From an uncultured Alphaproteobacteria bacterium (GTDB lineage Bacteria > Pseudomonadota > Alphaproteobacteria > RF32 > CAG-239): 64,000 nucleotides of DNA. The notes under the pieces are model-generated. The model was not told the origin of the DNA. It saw nothing but the letters and a program-made list of their open reading frames with translations, and did not search any database. The stretch lies in contig CALXTQ010000020.1 in assembly GCA_944391485.1 (NCBI GenBank), positions 1,849-65,848 of the forward strand, in the 5' to 3' direction. Of this stretch, positions 46,287 through 56,365 are shown piece after piece (position 1 is the first letter of the stretch; the number at the start of each line of letters is the position of its first letter). A program made the translations under genes and the position numbers.

Positions 46287-46817
46287 TTACGCGGCAATCA
46301 AACGTTTTCCGGTTACATATTCGGCAATCTCAATAATGCCGTAGAGAACAATATATGCTCCCATCAGCGCCGTGATCGTAACGCTTCCCAAAACTGGATA
46401 AGCCAGAATCAAAAAGGCAAAGATTATCCCGACAAGACCGGCGCCCAGCGTCCAGCCCCAGGGGTATCCCGCCTGCCGGAAACGAAAAGCCTCAACCAGC
46501 TGGATAACGCCGACCGCCAGACACCACAAGGCAAAAATAACCGGCATGGATTCCGCGGTTACGCCGAGATTGCTGATGAAGATGACCCCGACAAAAATAT
46601 CTATCAGACCGACCAGCATGTACCACCCCGAATCGAAAGTAAAAGACGTCATGAAATAACCGGCGCCGATAACTATGAAAATAATGCCCAAATACAGAGC
46701 CAGCGCCACCATGGTTACGACAGGATGAAAAAAGACATAAATTCCCAAAATCAGCATAAGGACGCCTGCCAAAAGATGCCATATGCCTATGGAATGCCCG
46801 GTTTTTATATCAGCCAT
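46287..46817 (-). CDS. hdeD: HdeD-family (DUF308) acid-resistance membrane protein
   Basis: Start at MADIK (AAGGAG upstream), with repeated GxxxG-rich TM helices typical of HdeD. Adjacent to adiC. Confidence 0.7.
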   Translation of the reverse strand: MADIKTGHSIGIWHLLAGVLMLILGIYVFFHPVVTMVALALYLGIIFIVIGAGYFMTSFTFDSGWYMLVGLIDIFVGVIFISNLGVTAESMPVIFALWCLAVGVIQLVEAFRFRQAGYPWGWTLGAGLVGIIFAFLILAYPVLGSVTITALMGAYIVLYGIIEIAEYVTGKRLIAA

Positions 46818-47150
46818 CAGAATTCTCCTTCTCAAATTAAAAATCATGAGTTGATGTAATCATGATTTGCGGATTTTCAAACCTGCCTTCTGATAATTCC
46901 GCAGATTTTCCTTTGGGTATTCTCATCCTTAAAAATTACGCAGAAAACACGGCAAAACTTGCCGCGCAAAAAAAAATTTCAATAAACATATTACTTTAAT
47001 CTATTGTTTTTACATAATAAATTTATTAAGTGCCGGACGCGGCAAAAAAATTATTATGCCTTAAGCGTTCCTTAAGTTCACAATGGTGTACTGACCTTGT
47101 AAACAAAAGCCGCAGGGTGCGGCAGTCAACACACAGCAAAGGAGAATACC

Positions 47151-47522
47151 ATGAAAAAAATCGTTACCGTTACCGCTTTGGCCCTTGTTTTGGGATTATC
47201 CGGAGAAGCTTTCGCAAGAGGCGGCTATAATCAGCAGCCGGCCGGCGGATTTACCGGACCGACGATTAGCGCCATCAGCGTCGGCGAAGCCAAAAAACTC
47301 AGCGACGACACGCCTGTCGTTCTGACCGGAAAAATCGTCAGAAGCCTCGGCAGCGAAAAATACGAATTCAAAGACAAAACCGGCAGCGTTACTTTAGATA
47401 TTGACAACGACGACTGGAACGGTGTTAATGTAGGACCTGAAGATACCGTTGAAATTCAGGGCGAAGTCGACAAAGATTTCACCAGCTTCGAAATTGACGT
47501 CGACAGAGTGATAAAGAAATAA
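47151..47522 (+). CDS. ygiW: YgiW/YdeI (BOF, bacterial OB-fold) periplasmic stress protein
   Basis: Signal peptide plus an OB-fold family sequence ([34 protein letters not shown]). Located upstream of a qseBC-like pair, as in enterobacterial ygiW-qseBC. Confidence 0.7.
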   Translation: MKKIVTVTALALVLGLSGEAFARGGYNQQPAGGFTGPTISAISVGEAKKLSDDTPVVLTGKIVRSLGSEKYEFKDKTGSVTLDIDNDDWNGVNVGPEDTVEIQGEVDKDFTSFEIDVDRVIKK

Positions 47523-47541
47523 AATTCTGAAGGTTGAGCAG

Positions 47542-48201
47542 ATGCGCATTCTTTTAATAGAAGACGACACGCTCATCGGAGACGGCTTAACGGTAGGCCT
47601 CGGGAAACTGGGGTTTACCGTTGACTGGTTTACCGACGGGCACGACGGCCGCGAGGCCTTGCTGCAGGCGCCGTACGACGCGGTTGTTCTGGATCTCGGG
47701 CTGCCGGGAATTGACGGTCTGTCTATTTTAAAGGAATGGCGGCTCGGCAGACGCAAGGAACCCGTCCTCATCCTGACAGCCCGGGGCGACGTCGACCAGA
47801 GAGTTATCGGCCTGGAGAGCGGTGCCGATGATTATCTGGCCAAACCTTTTGCTCTGGCCGAAGTGGCCGCGCGGCTCAAGGCGCTTATCAGGCGGTGCAA
47901 CGACAGAATGGAGCCGGAAATCACGCACGGAAGCATTACCTTCCGTCCGGAAAGCAGAACCGTCTGCCGCGACGGAAAGGAAATTTCTCTTGCCCCGCGC
48001 GAACTGTTGCTGCTGGAGCTGCTGCTTATGAACAAAAACAAGGTCATGTCCAAGGAAATGATTGAAAATAAGCTTTATTCCTGGGATGACGAGGTCTCCA
48101 GCAACGCCGTCGAAGTTCATGTCCACCATCTGCGGCGAAAACTGGGCAAAAATATCATAAAAACAATTAACAAAATCGGGTATATTCTGGGGGACGTATG
48201 A
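47542..48201 (+). CDS. qseB: OmpR-family response regulator (QseB/BasR-like)
   Basis: Receiver domain [16 protein letters not shown]...[10 protein letters not shown] and a winged-helix C-terminus. Confidence 0.8.
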   Translation: MRILLIEDDTLIGDGLTVGLGKLGFTVDWFTDGHDGREALLQAPYDAVVLDLGLPGIDGLSILKEWRLGRRKEPVLILTARGDVDQRVIGLESGADDYLAKPFALAEVAARLKALIRRCNDRMEPEITHGSITFRPESRTVCRDGKEISLAPRELLLLELLLMNKNKVMSKEMIENKLYSWDDEVSSNAVEVHVHHLRRKLGKNIIKTINKIGYILGDV

Positions 48202-49559
48202 AAATAAAGAGCCTGCGCATAAGACTGATCCTGTCGTTTATTCTCGTTTCCTCCGTTATCTGGCTGACGGCGGGTATTTTGTCGTGGAAAGAAAACCGCG
48301 AGCAGCTGGACGAGTTTTTCGACACTTATCAGCTCCTGCTCGGACGCCAGCTGGCAACCGCAGACTGGCAGAACCTGCGCAGCGACGCTCAAAAGAAAAC
48401 AGACAGGCTGATCGAAGACCTTGACGATGACGGCGACGAGGAAGACGAAGCCCTCGGCTTTGCCGTCTTTGACAATCAGGGCAATATGATTTTCAACGAC
48501 AACGAAAACGGAAAACGTTTCCCCTATAATTCTTTTGTTTCGGGCTTTATCGACCAGCCTATCGGGCGGAAGGGCGACATGTGGCGCATTGTCTGGCTGA
48601 AATCCGCGGACGGACAATATACGATCGCCGTGGGACAGGAAATCGAATACCGGGACGACGCAGCTCTTGAAATTGTGGAAGAAACGCTGCTGCCGTGGCT
48701 GGCCGGGCTGACAGCTCTGATGCTGGCAACGTTCTGGCTGGTCAGCAGCGGTCTCCGCTCGCTCAAAAAAATCAGCGGCGAACTGTCCGCGAGAGAACCG
48801 GACGACTTGTCCGGGCTGAAAACCGAAAATATTCCTCTGGAAGTCGCCCCACTTGTAAAATCGCTGAACGGCCTTTTCGTCCGGCTCGAAAAAATGCTGC
48901 AGAAAGAACGCAGTTTTATTTCGGATTCCGCTCATGAGCTCCGCAGTCCCCTGACAGCCTTGAAAGTTCAGCTTGAAGTCGCCATGTTATCCGAGAATGA
49001 TCCCGAAACCCTGAAAAAAGCTCTCAGCAATCTGCACCAGGGCATCGAGCGTTCGGAACGTCTGGTGGAGCAGCTGCTGGCGCTGTCCCGGCTGGAAGCG
49101 GCAAGCTCCGGCTATGCGGAAGAAAAGAATCCGCTTGACTGGAAGGCTCTGACCGACAAAGCTGCGGAAGAACAAAAAGAAGCTGCTGACAGAAAAAATA
49201 TTACCATTGCCACGGCGCTGGCAGACGGCACGGCCCCCTTTGCGGAAGGCAATGCCCTGCTCTGCTCGCTCCTGCTGCGGAACCTTTTGGATAATGCCGT
49301 CAAATACAGCCCGGACGGCGCGGAAATATCCGTCAGTCTCGGCAGCGGCGAACTTTGCGTCTTTAACGGCGGCGCCCGTGTCGAAGAAGAATATCTGCGG
49401 CGTCTGAGCGAACGCTTTTTCCGGCCGCCGGGACAAAAAGAAAGCGGCAGCGGTCTGGGACTTTCCATCGTAAAACGGATTGCAGAAATCCACGGCTGCG
49501 GCGTATGCTTTGAAAATACGGACGGCGGTTTCCGGGTTGTTGTCCGCAGAAAAGCGTAA
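48198..49559 (+). CDS. qseC: Sensor histidine kinase (QseC/BasS-like)
   Basis: Two TM segments, H-box [14 protein letters not shown], and an ATPase domain. It overlaps the regulator's stop by 4 nt. Confidence 0.8.
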   Translation: MKIKSLRIRLILSFILVSSVIWLTAGILSWKENREQLDEFFDTYQLLLGRQLATADWQNLRSDAQKKTDRLIEDLDDDGDEEDEALGFAVFDNQGNMIFNDNENGKRFPYNSFVSGFIDQPIGRKGDMWRIVWLKSADGQYTIAVGQEIEYRDDAALEIVEETLLPWLAGLTALMLATFWLVSSGLRSLKKISGELSAREPDDLSGLKTENIPLEVAPLVKSLNGLFVRLEKMLQKERSFISDSAHELRSPLTALKVQLEVAMLSENDPETLKKALSNLHQGIERSERLVEQLLALSRLEAASSGYAEEKNPLDWKALTDKAAEEQKEAADRKNITIATALADGTAPFAEGNALLCSLLLRNLLDNAVKYSPDGAEISVSLGSGELCVFNGGARVEEEYLRRLSERFFRPPGQKESGSGLGLSIVKRIAEIHGCGVCFENTDGGFRVVVRRKA

Positions 49560-49633
49560 ATTCCTGCTATACATTTCAAAAAAAACAGATTAAAAAGGAC
49601 TTAACAGCTAATTGCCATTAAGGAGTATTGATT

Positions 49634-50710
49634 ATGCAAAAAGTCTGGAACTACATTATCGACGGCAAGGGCATGGGGCTCAAATACCTCTCCGCCTTTG
49701 CGCTTCTTTCCGCCCTGATTATTTCCGTTATTTTGAAAATCGGAGGAGACCTGCTGGTTCCGTATGCGCAGGACGTGGCGGAGCAAATGCTTCCCATCCG
49801 GATTGAAAACGGCATTGTGGTCGAACCGTATAATACCCTGAAAACGGCAAAAATCCGGCTGGACGACAGCTCGGACAAATTTACCCTGCCGCTGGTAATC
49901 GACACCCGTTACGATACCTTAGATACCAACGGGCTGAAACAAGGCGTATATATGACCCGCACAACCTTGTATACTGTCAACAATAATGAAGTGCGCGTTG
50001 TCAAACTCAAAGACAATATGTATCTGCCACAGGGCGATTATACGGCGGCCTTCAAATCCTTTCTGAACTGGGGCATTGTTTTGTTTTTTGTTTTTGCGAC
50101 GGCAATGCTTTTCTTCCTTTATTTTATCCTCAGCCTGTTTTACGCCGTATGCGCCATTGCCGTGGCAGCCGTGGCCGGCCGGCGGTACGAGTTTGATCAG
50201 AGAATGCGTCTGAGCGCGCTGTCCCTGATTGCCGCCTATATTATCTTCTGGCTTCTGGACTTTGCCGGTCTCGGCATGGGGCGTTTCGCATTTTTCCTTG
50301 TCGTTCTGATTATTCAGGGGCTGGTTATTTATAAACTTCCGGCCCACCCGCGCGCCGCCGTTGAGCCATCTCTGCCGGCAGCCGCGCCGGAAAAAGCCGG
50401 ACAGTCCGAAATGCCGGCTGCTCCTGTTTTGAAAGCTCCGCTCAAAAAGGCGCCGCTTAAAAAGGCTCCGGGCAAAAAAGCCTTAACGCCCAAGCACGAA
50501 TCTGTCGCACCGGCTGTTCCCGCAAAAGACGCTGCCGAAAAAACCGCTGCAAAGGGTCGGCGGACATCGGCTGTCAAGACCGGAGATACCCAAAAAGATG
50601 CCAAAACGGCTGTAAAAAGAGCCAAAAACGCTAAAAAGCCGGCCGCGACCACTAAAGCCGGCGGCAAACCGAAAGCTTCCGGCAAAAAGCCGGCAGGTTC
50701 GGAAAAATAA
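49634..50710 (+). CDS. Polytopic membrane protein with a C-terminal Lys/Ala/Pro-rich histone-H1-like tail
   Basis: AAGGAG 9 nt before the ATG. N-terminal membrane domain. The last ~120 aa are KAP-rich (APLKKAPLKKAPGKKALTPK...KAKNAKKPAATTKAGGKPKASGKKPAG). Confidence 0.5.
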   Translation: MQKVWNYIIDGKGMGLKYLSAFALLSALIISVILKIGGDLLVPYAQDVAEQMLPIRIENGIVVEPYNTLKTAKIRLDDSSDKFTLPLVIDTRYDTLDTNGLKQGVYMTRTTLYTVNNNEVRVVKLKDNMYLPQGDYTAAFKSFLNWGIVLFFVFATAMLFFLYFILSLFYAVCAIAVAAVAGRRYEFDQRMRLSALSLIAAYIIFWLLDFAGLGMGRFAFFLVVLIIQGLVIYKLPAHPRAAVEPSLPAAAPEKAGQSEMPAAPVLKAPLKKAPLKKAPGKKALTPKHESVAPAVPAKDAAEKTAAKGRRTSAVKTGDTQKDAKTAVKRAKNAKKPAATTKAGGKPKASGKKPAGSEK

Positions 50711-50783
50711 CCTTTCCGCAAATCTGAAAAAACAGCTAAAAGTCCATATGGACTTTTAGCTGTTTTTTATATGACCGGACTCT

Positions 50784-51362
50784 TTACTTCAGCTCGGCAA
50801 TTTTTTCGGAGATCTCCCGGGACAGACTGCCGACCAAGCGGCTTTCGGTTTTTATCAGATTATCGTAGCCCTTTCCCGTTTCTTCGCTGAACTCGCTGCG
50901 TTCGCTCAGGACAACATTCTGCCGTTTATCCATAACCGTCCACCAGGCATCCAAAACCGTTCTACCGTCAAAGCTGCCTTCAAACCTGTTGACTTCGATA
51001 TTGACGATATAATCAAACTTTTCCTGATACAGGGCAAGCGGTTTTACCATAGACCCCGGCAGATACATGGACATATCGTCGGCTATGGTGCGCTGAAGCA
51101 TTGTCGACAGCGGTTCGCTCCAACGGTTGAACTCGGAAATATCCAGCTGCCCGCTGTTCGGAACAGCCGTTACAATCTGCGGTTTATCCAGATAACTCGG
51201 AATTTTGACCTCATCAACGGCAATGCGGTATTTGCCCGGAAAGGTTACTATAACGTCAGACGACTGCACACTGTTGAGATTATAAAAACGGGACGGCCGG
51301 CTGGTGCCCACGCACCCGGCCACAAACAATGCCGCCGCAAAAAATGCCAGTTTCTTCATCAT
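50784..51362 (-). CDS. ABC-transport auxiliary lipoprotein (DUF330, PqiC/YmbA-like)
   Basis: Lipobox LFVAGC. It is the last gene of the mce-type transporter operon and overlaps the MCE gene's stop by 4 nt. Confidence 0.6.
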   Translation of the reverse strand: MMKKLAFFAAALFVAGCVGTSRPSRFYNLNSVQSSDVIVTFPGKYRIAVDEVKIPSYLDKPQIVTAVPNSGQLDISEFNRWSEPLSTMLQRTIADDMSMYLPGSMVKPLALYQEKFDYIVNIEVNRFEGSFDGRTVLDAWWTVMDKRQNVVLSERSEFSEETGKGYDNLIKTESRLVGSLSREISEKIAELK

Positions 51363-52144
51363 TTTCCTGTCTTGCCTTTCAAAAGAGCCTCCGGATGCCG
51401 CTCAATATAGTCGGAAAAATTGCGAAAAGCCTTCGCCGCTTCGCCGACATTGAGAATCGCCCTGTTCAGATTATTGAGAACCCGGGCGGACGCATCGGAA
51501 TTGTCGCCGACAAACTTATTCAGACCGTTGACTGTCTGGTTAATTTTCGGCAGCAATATCGGAAGCTGTTTATTTAAAGTTTCAAAAAATGCATTAAATT
51601 CTTCCACGCTCTGCCGGACCGGGAGATTTTGAATGCCGCGCGACAGCTCTCCCATTGGCGACAAAACGGTGGGGATTTCCAATATATGGTCATCGACATC
51701 ATGATTTTTCAAGCTGATTTTCGTATCGGGAAGCATTTCGAGCTCAATCATCAGCTGACCGGTCAGATACGACTGCGTCGTCAGCCGCGCCCGCAGACCT
51801 TTCTCAATCAGGGCATCCAAAACCGCCTGTTTGGTATCATAACTTTCGCCGGCATTTATCTGCTGTCCGGTTTCCATCTTGACATAAACGGGGATGCTGA
51901 AGTCAAGGGTTTCCGCATTGGCCAGCAGGTCAATCTTGGCGACCTTGCCGATTTCGACCCCCTTAAAGACAACCGACGATCCGACGTTCAGGCCTTTGAT
52001 GGATTCATCAAAATACATAACGACCATCGAATCGTTGCCGGAAAAAAGCTTTTGTTTGAAAAAAACGGCAATGATGGCCATGAAAATGCCAATTGCGACA
52101 ATCATAAACAAACCAATCATTTTTTCGTCAGGTTCTTTATGCAT
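51359..52144 (-). CDS. mlaD: MCE-domain (MlaD-like) substrate-binding protein
   Basis: N-terminal TM anchor plus an MCE domain (VVFKGVEIGKVAKIDL). Confidence 0.7.
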   Translation of the reverse strand: MHKEPDEKMIGLFMIVAIGIFMAIIAVFFKQKLFSGNDSMVVMYFDESIKGLNVGSSVVFKGVEIGKVAKIDLLANAETLDFSIPVYVKMETGQQINAGESYDTKQAVLDALIEKGLRARLTTQSYLTGQLMIELEMLPDTKISLKNHDVDDHILEIPTVLSPMGELSRGIQNLPVRQSVEEFNAFFETLNKQLPILLPKINQTVNGLNKFVGDNSDASARVLNNLNRAILNVGEAAKAFRNFSDYIERHPEALLKGKTGK

Positions 52145-52145
52145 C

Positions 52146-52901
52146 TTATTTTTCCCCTCTGGTTAAAAATTTCAGAACCGTTTCGTTAGGCGGATTTTTC
52201 AGCAGATCCTTCGGATTGCCGCAGCCGGCGATGCTTTTGGTATTGGCATCCAGAAAGACGGAATTTCCCCCGATGGCGAAAATTGAGTTCAGTTCATGAG
52301 TAACAACAACAATCGTTGTTCCCAGACTTTGATTTATGTCTATGATCAAATCGTCCAGAAGTTTGGAACTGATCGGATCCAAACCGGCGGACGGTTCGTC
52401 AAAATAAACGATTTCGGGGTCCAGCGCCAGAGCCCGGGCCAGACCGGCGCGCTTTTTCATGCCGCCGCTGATCTCCGCAGGATAAAAATCCTCAAAACCG
52501 CGCAGACCGACCAGCGCCAGTTTCAGCGAAACCAGTTCTTTTATGAGCGCCGGAGAATAATTTGTATACTGCTGAAGCGGCAAAGCGATATTGTCCGCCA
52601 GCGTCATTGAACTGAACAGCGCGCCGCTCTGATACAATATTCCGCAGCGCCTCATGATTTTTTTCTGCTCTTCAGGAGTGGCGGAAGAGAAATTTATTCC
52701 ATCAATAAAAACCTCTCCAGAGGCGGCCGGCATCAGTCCGGTCAGAACCCGCAGCAAACTGCTCTTTCCGCCGCCGCTGGCTCCCATGATGATGAAGATG
52801 TCGCCCCGGCATACTTCAAAACTTATGTTTTTAAGCAAAACGTAATCACCGTATGCCACCGTCAGATTTTTGACCTTTATCTGCGCCTCATTTTGCTTCA
52901 T
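52146..52901 (-). CDS. mlaF: ABC transporter ATP-binding protein (MlaF-like)
   Basis: Walker A GASGGGKSS, signature LSGGMKKRAGLARAL, Walker B IVYFDEPSAGLD. Confidence 0.85.
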   Translation of the reverse strand: MKQNEAQIKVKNLTVAYGDYVLLKNISFEVCRGDIFIIMGASGGGKSSLLRVLTGLMPAASGEVFIDGINFSSATPEEQKKIMRRCGILYQSGALFSSMTLADNIALPLQQYTNYSPALIKELVSLKLALVGLRGFEDFYPAEISGGMKKRAGLARALALDPEIVYFDEPSAGLDPISSKLLDDLIIDINQSLGTTIVVVTHELNSIFAIGGNSVFLDANTKSIAGCGNPKDLLKNPPNETVLKFLTRGEK

Positions 52902-54010
52902 ATGCCCAAGACCTCAAAAATCATTGTCAGAATGCCGGTAACAACAATCATCCAGACTATTCCCGTTACGACGGCCTTTGTCGTTGCCAGACCCACGCTG
53001 TCCGCGTTCCGGCCGGCGTTGATGCCGTAATAACAGCCGCAAACGGCGATAATCCACCCATAAACGAACCCGTGAAAAATACCGACGAGAAAATTTGTCA
53101 TGTCAAGGGCGTCATATGAGTATTTCCAATATTCTTCCGGAGAAATGCCCAACAGGGTTATTCCGACAAAAGCGCCGCCGGCAATTCCCATGCCGTCAGC
53201 CAGCATGGTCAGAAACGGCATGGTTATCGTCAGCGCGATTATCCGCGGCAGCACCAGAAAGTCGAAACGGGAAATTCCCATTGTCTGCAAGGCGTCAAGC
53301 TCTTCGTTGACCTGCATTGTTCCGATGGCGGCGGCATAAGAAGCGCCTGTCCGTCCGGCCATGATGATGCCGACCATGATGGCCCCCATAATGCGCGTCA
53401 TGCCGATGGCAACCAGACTGGCCACATAAATCTGAGCGCCGAAAGTCTTAAGCTGGATTGCGCCGACAAACGCCAAAATCAGGCCAACCATAAAGCTCAC
53501 AAGCGATACGATGCCCACAGCCTTATAGCTGCTGTCTTCCAGCGCAAACAGAAAATCCACCCGCCGCATAACAGCCGAAGATGTCAGAAGACGCATGACC
53601 GAACTCATCGTGTGGCCGATGAAATCCAGCCCTTTTTTAATTCCCCGCCAGATTTCAATCCCCCAGGCTCCCACATTCTCCAAAAAAGAGCGGGGGCGAA
53701 CCACGCCTTTTTCCGGCTGACGGTCAACTGACAGCGCCAGCCTGACGAGTTTTTGCAGATTGTCCGGTATCCGGTCGTAAACAAGCTCCTGTTTGCGAAC
53801 ACCGGCATCCTGCGCGATTCTGTACAAAATAACGACCAGAGACGAATCCCATTTGCGGAGAAGAGCTCCCGAAAATTTGATTTTTCTGATTTTTGCTTCC
53901 GACAAACGGCGGTAAACGGCGTTTTTCAATCCTTCATCATCATAACCGATGAAATCACCGCTCAAAACGACTTCCGCCATATCATCGGAAACTATGCAAT
54001 CCAGATTCAT
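52898..54010 (-). CDS. mlaE: ABC transporter permease (MlaE-like) with an N-terminal STAS (MlaB-like) domain
   Basis: 370 aa. The first ~110 aa are non-membrane (STAS-like), followed by an MlaE-type permease core. Confidence 0.75.
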   Translation of the reverse strand: MNLDCIVSDDMAEVVLSGDFIGYDDEGLKNAVYRRLSEAKIRKIKFSGALLRKWDSSLVVILYRIAQDAGVRKQELVYDRIPDNLQKLVRLALSVDRQPEKGVVRPRSFLENVGAWGIEIWRGIKKGLDFIGHTMSSVMRLLTSSAVMRRVDFLFALEDSSYKAVGIVSLVSFMVGLILAFVGAIQLKTFGAQIYVASLVAIGMTRIMGAIMVGIIMAGRTGASYAAAIGTMQVNEELDALQTMGISRFDFLVLPRIIALTITMPFLTMLADGMGIAGGAFVGITLLGISPEEYWKYSYDALDMTNFLVGIFHGFVYGWIIAVCGCYYGINAGRNADSVGLATTKAVVTGIVWMIVVTGILTMIFEVLGI

Positions 54011-54365
54011 AAACCGAGCTCCATTCTGTTTCTTTGTAAAGTATGAACAGCCTGCGGATTTATCAAGATCCTTTCTTTTTCAATGTTTATAAAAAAGTAT
54101 GTTAAATTCGGCTAAATCAGTAATCTGTAAATTAGTCTTGCACAAAAGAAGCATTATTTCAACAGAAAGCGTCTTTTTCTCATTCCGGTCCGGACGCTTG
54201 TCGTGTTGTTTCCCAAACTTTTTGCAAAGAGAATAAAACAAACAACGCTTTGATTTTTCTTACAAATTATACATACCAAAATACTCCGTTCCTGATTATT
54301 GGCTTGACTTTTGACAGAATCTGAATTGTTATATTTTGGATATTAATTTCGGAATGAGTACAGGA

Positions 54366-55925
54366 ATGCGCAAGTTTTTAATTTTTATCAGTTTCTTAGC
54401 TGCCGCGGCAGTCATTGCGGGAGGAATCTACTTTTATACGGAAAAGAACAAAATGAAACCCGCTCCTGACATTATCATCAGCGAAGACTTTAATCTCGAA
54501 ATCCTTAAGGCTAAGGCCCGCAAGCTTGCCGGCAAAGATTACAGACAGCCGGAGAACAAAATTCCGGCGGAACTGGCCGAACTTGATTACGATAAACACC
54601 GCGACATCCGGTTTGTCCGCGAAAACGGCCCGTGGTACGGCAAAAAGCTGCCTTTTGAAATTCAGTTCTTCCATCTGGGGTCCATTTTCCAGATTTCCGT
54701 GCCGATTAACGAGGTTACAGACGGAAAATCTTCGCCTATTCAGTATTCCCCGCATTTTTTTGACTATGGAAAAAACCATTTTAAAGAACTGTATGCCAAA
54801 GATCTGGGCTATGCCGGCTTCCGGCTGCATACGCCGCTCAACAGCCCCGCTTATTATGACGAGCTTGTTTCTTTCCTGGGCGCCAGTTACTTCCGCGGCC
54901 TCGGAAAAGGCCAGAAATACGGCCTATCCGCCAGAGGTCTGGCTGTAGATACCGCCGAAGAAACCGGCGAAGAATTTCCGATTTTCAAGGAATTCTGGGT
55001 TGAGCGCCCCAAACGCGGCGCCAAAAGCGTCAGAGTTTATGCGCTGCTGGACAGTCCCAGCATTGCCGGCGCCTATACTTTTGACATCAGGCCCGGAAAA
55101 AACACGGTGATGGATGTGGAGGCGGTTCTGTATCCGCGCAAAGCCATGAAAAAAACCGGCATTGCCCCTCTTACCTCCATGTTTTTGTTCGGCGAAAACA
55201 CAAAAAACAAATTTGACGACCACCGCCCCGAAGTTCATGACAGCGACGGTCTGCTCATTCATAACGGCAATGACGAAATGCTGTGGCGGCCGCTCGACAA
55301 TTCAAAATATCTGCGCATCAGTTCTTTCGAGGACAACAACCCGAAAGGTTTTGGCCTGATGCAGCGGGATCAAAACGCCGCTCATTATCTGGATTTTGAA
55401 GCAAATTACGAGCAGCGCCCCAGCGCCTGGGTCGAACCTCTGGACAACTGGGGAAAAGGAACCGTGCAGCTGGTCGAAATTCCTAGTATTCAGGAAATTC
55501 ACGATAATATCGTGGCCTATTGGATTCCCAAGGAACCTCTTGAGCCGGGAAAGGAATATGTGTATAAATACCGTCTTTACTGGAGCCACGGCCTGCCTCA
55601 GAAAACCTCTCCGGCCAAAGTAATCTCCACTTATACCGGCATCGGCGGCGTTTCGGGCATGCTGGAAACCGGCAAACGCAAATTTGTAATCGACTTTGAA
55701 CTACCAAAATCCAAAAAAGACATTGCGGCCGGAAAAATCGTGCCCGAAGTTTCCGCCTCCGAAGGAAAAATCATCGGAACCCACCTGATTTACAATCCGG
55801 TAACCAAAGGACCGACCGTATATATAGATTTTGAGCCCAACGGCAAGACTTCGGAACTCCGGGTCCTGCTCAAAAAAGACGGCAAAACCATTTCCGAAAC
55901 ATGGAGTTATCAATGGTTACCATAA
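54366..55925 (+). CDS. opgG: Periplasmic glucan biosynthesis protein OpgG (MdoG)
   Basis: Signal peptide MRKFLIFISFLAAAAVIAGG plus MdoG-family length and sequence. An alternative upstream start is at 54336. Confidence 0.8.
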   Translation: MRKFLIFISFLAAAAVIAGGIYFYTEKNKMKPAPDIIISEDFNLEILKAKARKLAGKDYRQPENKIPAELAELDYDKHRDIRFVRENGPWYGKKLPFEIQFFHLGSIFQISVPINEVTDGKSSPIQYSPHFFDYGKNHFKELYAKDLGYAGFRLHTPLNSPAYYDELVSFLGASYFRGLGKGQKYGLSARGLAVDTAEETGEEFPIFKEFWVERPKRGAKSVRVYALLDSPSIAGAYTFDIRPGKNTVMDVEAVLYPRKAMKKTGIAPLTSMFLFGENTKNKFDDHRPEVHDSDGLLIHNGNDEMLWRPLDNSKYLRISSFEDNNPKGFGLMQRDQNAAHYLDFEANYEQRPSAWVEPLDNWGKGTVQLVEIPSIQEIHDNIVAYWIPKEPLEPGKEYVYKYRLYWSHGLPQKTSPAKVISTYTGIGGVSGMLETGKRKFVIDFELPKSKKDIAAGKIVPEVSASEGKIIGTHLIYNPVTKGPTVYIDFEPNGKTSELRVLLKKDGKTISETWSYQWLP

Positions 55926-56365
55926 AAATTCAGAGCGCCGAAGACATTGCCGCAGCTTATCTAAAACAGGCCGGATTTGACGATAGGGCGCTTGAACGCG
56001 GCCTGCCGAGGATTGTGCAGCTGCTTTCGGAAAAGCAGAAAAGCGGAGACGAAATTATAGAATATCTGGATAAAAAACTGCTGCAGGCGGCCGAAAAGAT
56101 TTTTCCGGACATGCCGGACGGAAAAGCGGCGGCCGTTGCCCGCGTCAAAGCGGTTTACATGCTGAACGACGGCCCGGCCAGATGGGGCACGGAAATTTTC
56201 ATGCCGGACAGAATAAGTTCCGAAATGGCCGGGGCTTTGCGTGAAAACCCGTTCAGACAAACGCCGACCAGCTCCTTTCAGGCCATGAAGCCGCAGCCGA
56301 TTGTCCCGTCTGCCGCAGCCAGTCTTTTTTCAAAAATACTGCACCCTTTCAGAAAGAGTAAATAA
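55913..56365 (+). CDS. Hypothetical protein encoded between opgG and opgH
   Basis: ~150-aa ORF overlapping the opgG stop by 13 nt and ending at the opgH start. No motifs. Confidence 0.3.
   Translation: MVTIKIQSAEDIAAAYLKQAGFDDRALERGLPRIVQLLSEKQKSGDEIIEYLDKKLLQAAEKIFPDMPDGKAAAVARVKAVYMLNDGPARWGTEIFMPDRISSEMAGALRENPFRQTPTSSFQAMKPQPIVPSAAASLFSKILHPFRKSK

Noticed and set aside
42489-46336. Plus-strand ORFs of 85-189 aa inside adiA and adiC, including 44926-45495 (189 aa) and 43601-44017 (138 aa)
   Set aside because: They are antisense to genes with near-textbook AdiA/AdiC motifs. The translations are Arg/Gly-rich.
47394-49579. Minus-strand ORFs in ygiW/qseB/qseC: 47394-47771, 47728-48129, 48117-48935 (272 aa), 48987-49574, 49112-49579
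   Set aside because: They are antisense to well-supported two-component genes.
49651-50721. Minus-strand ORFs opposite the KAP-tail membrane protein
   Set aside because: These are antisense artefacts of the Ala/Lys-rich repeat region.
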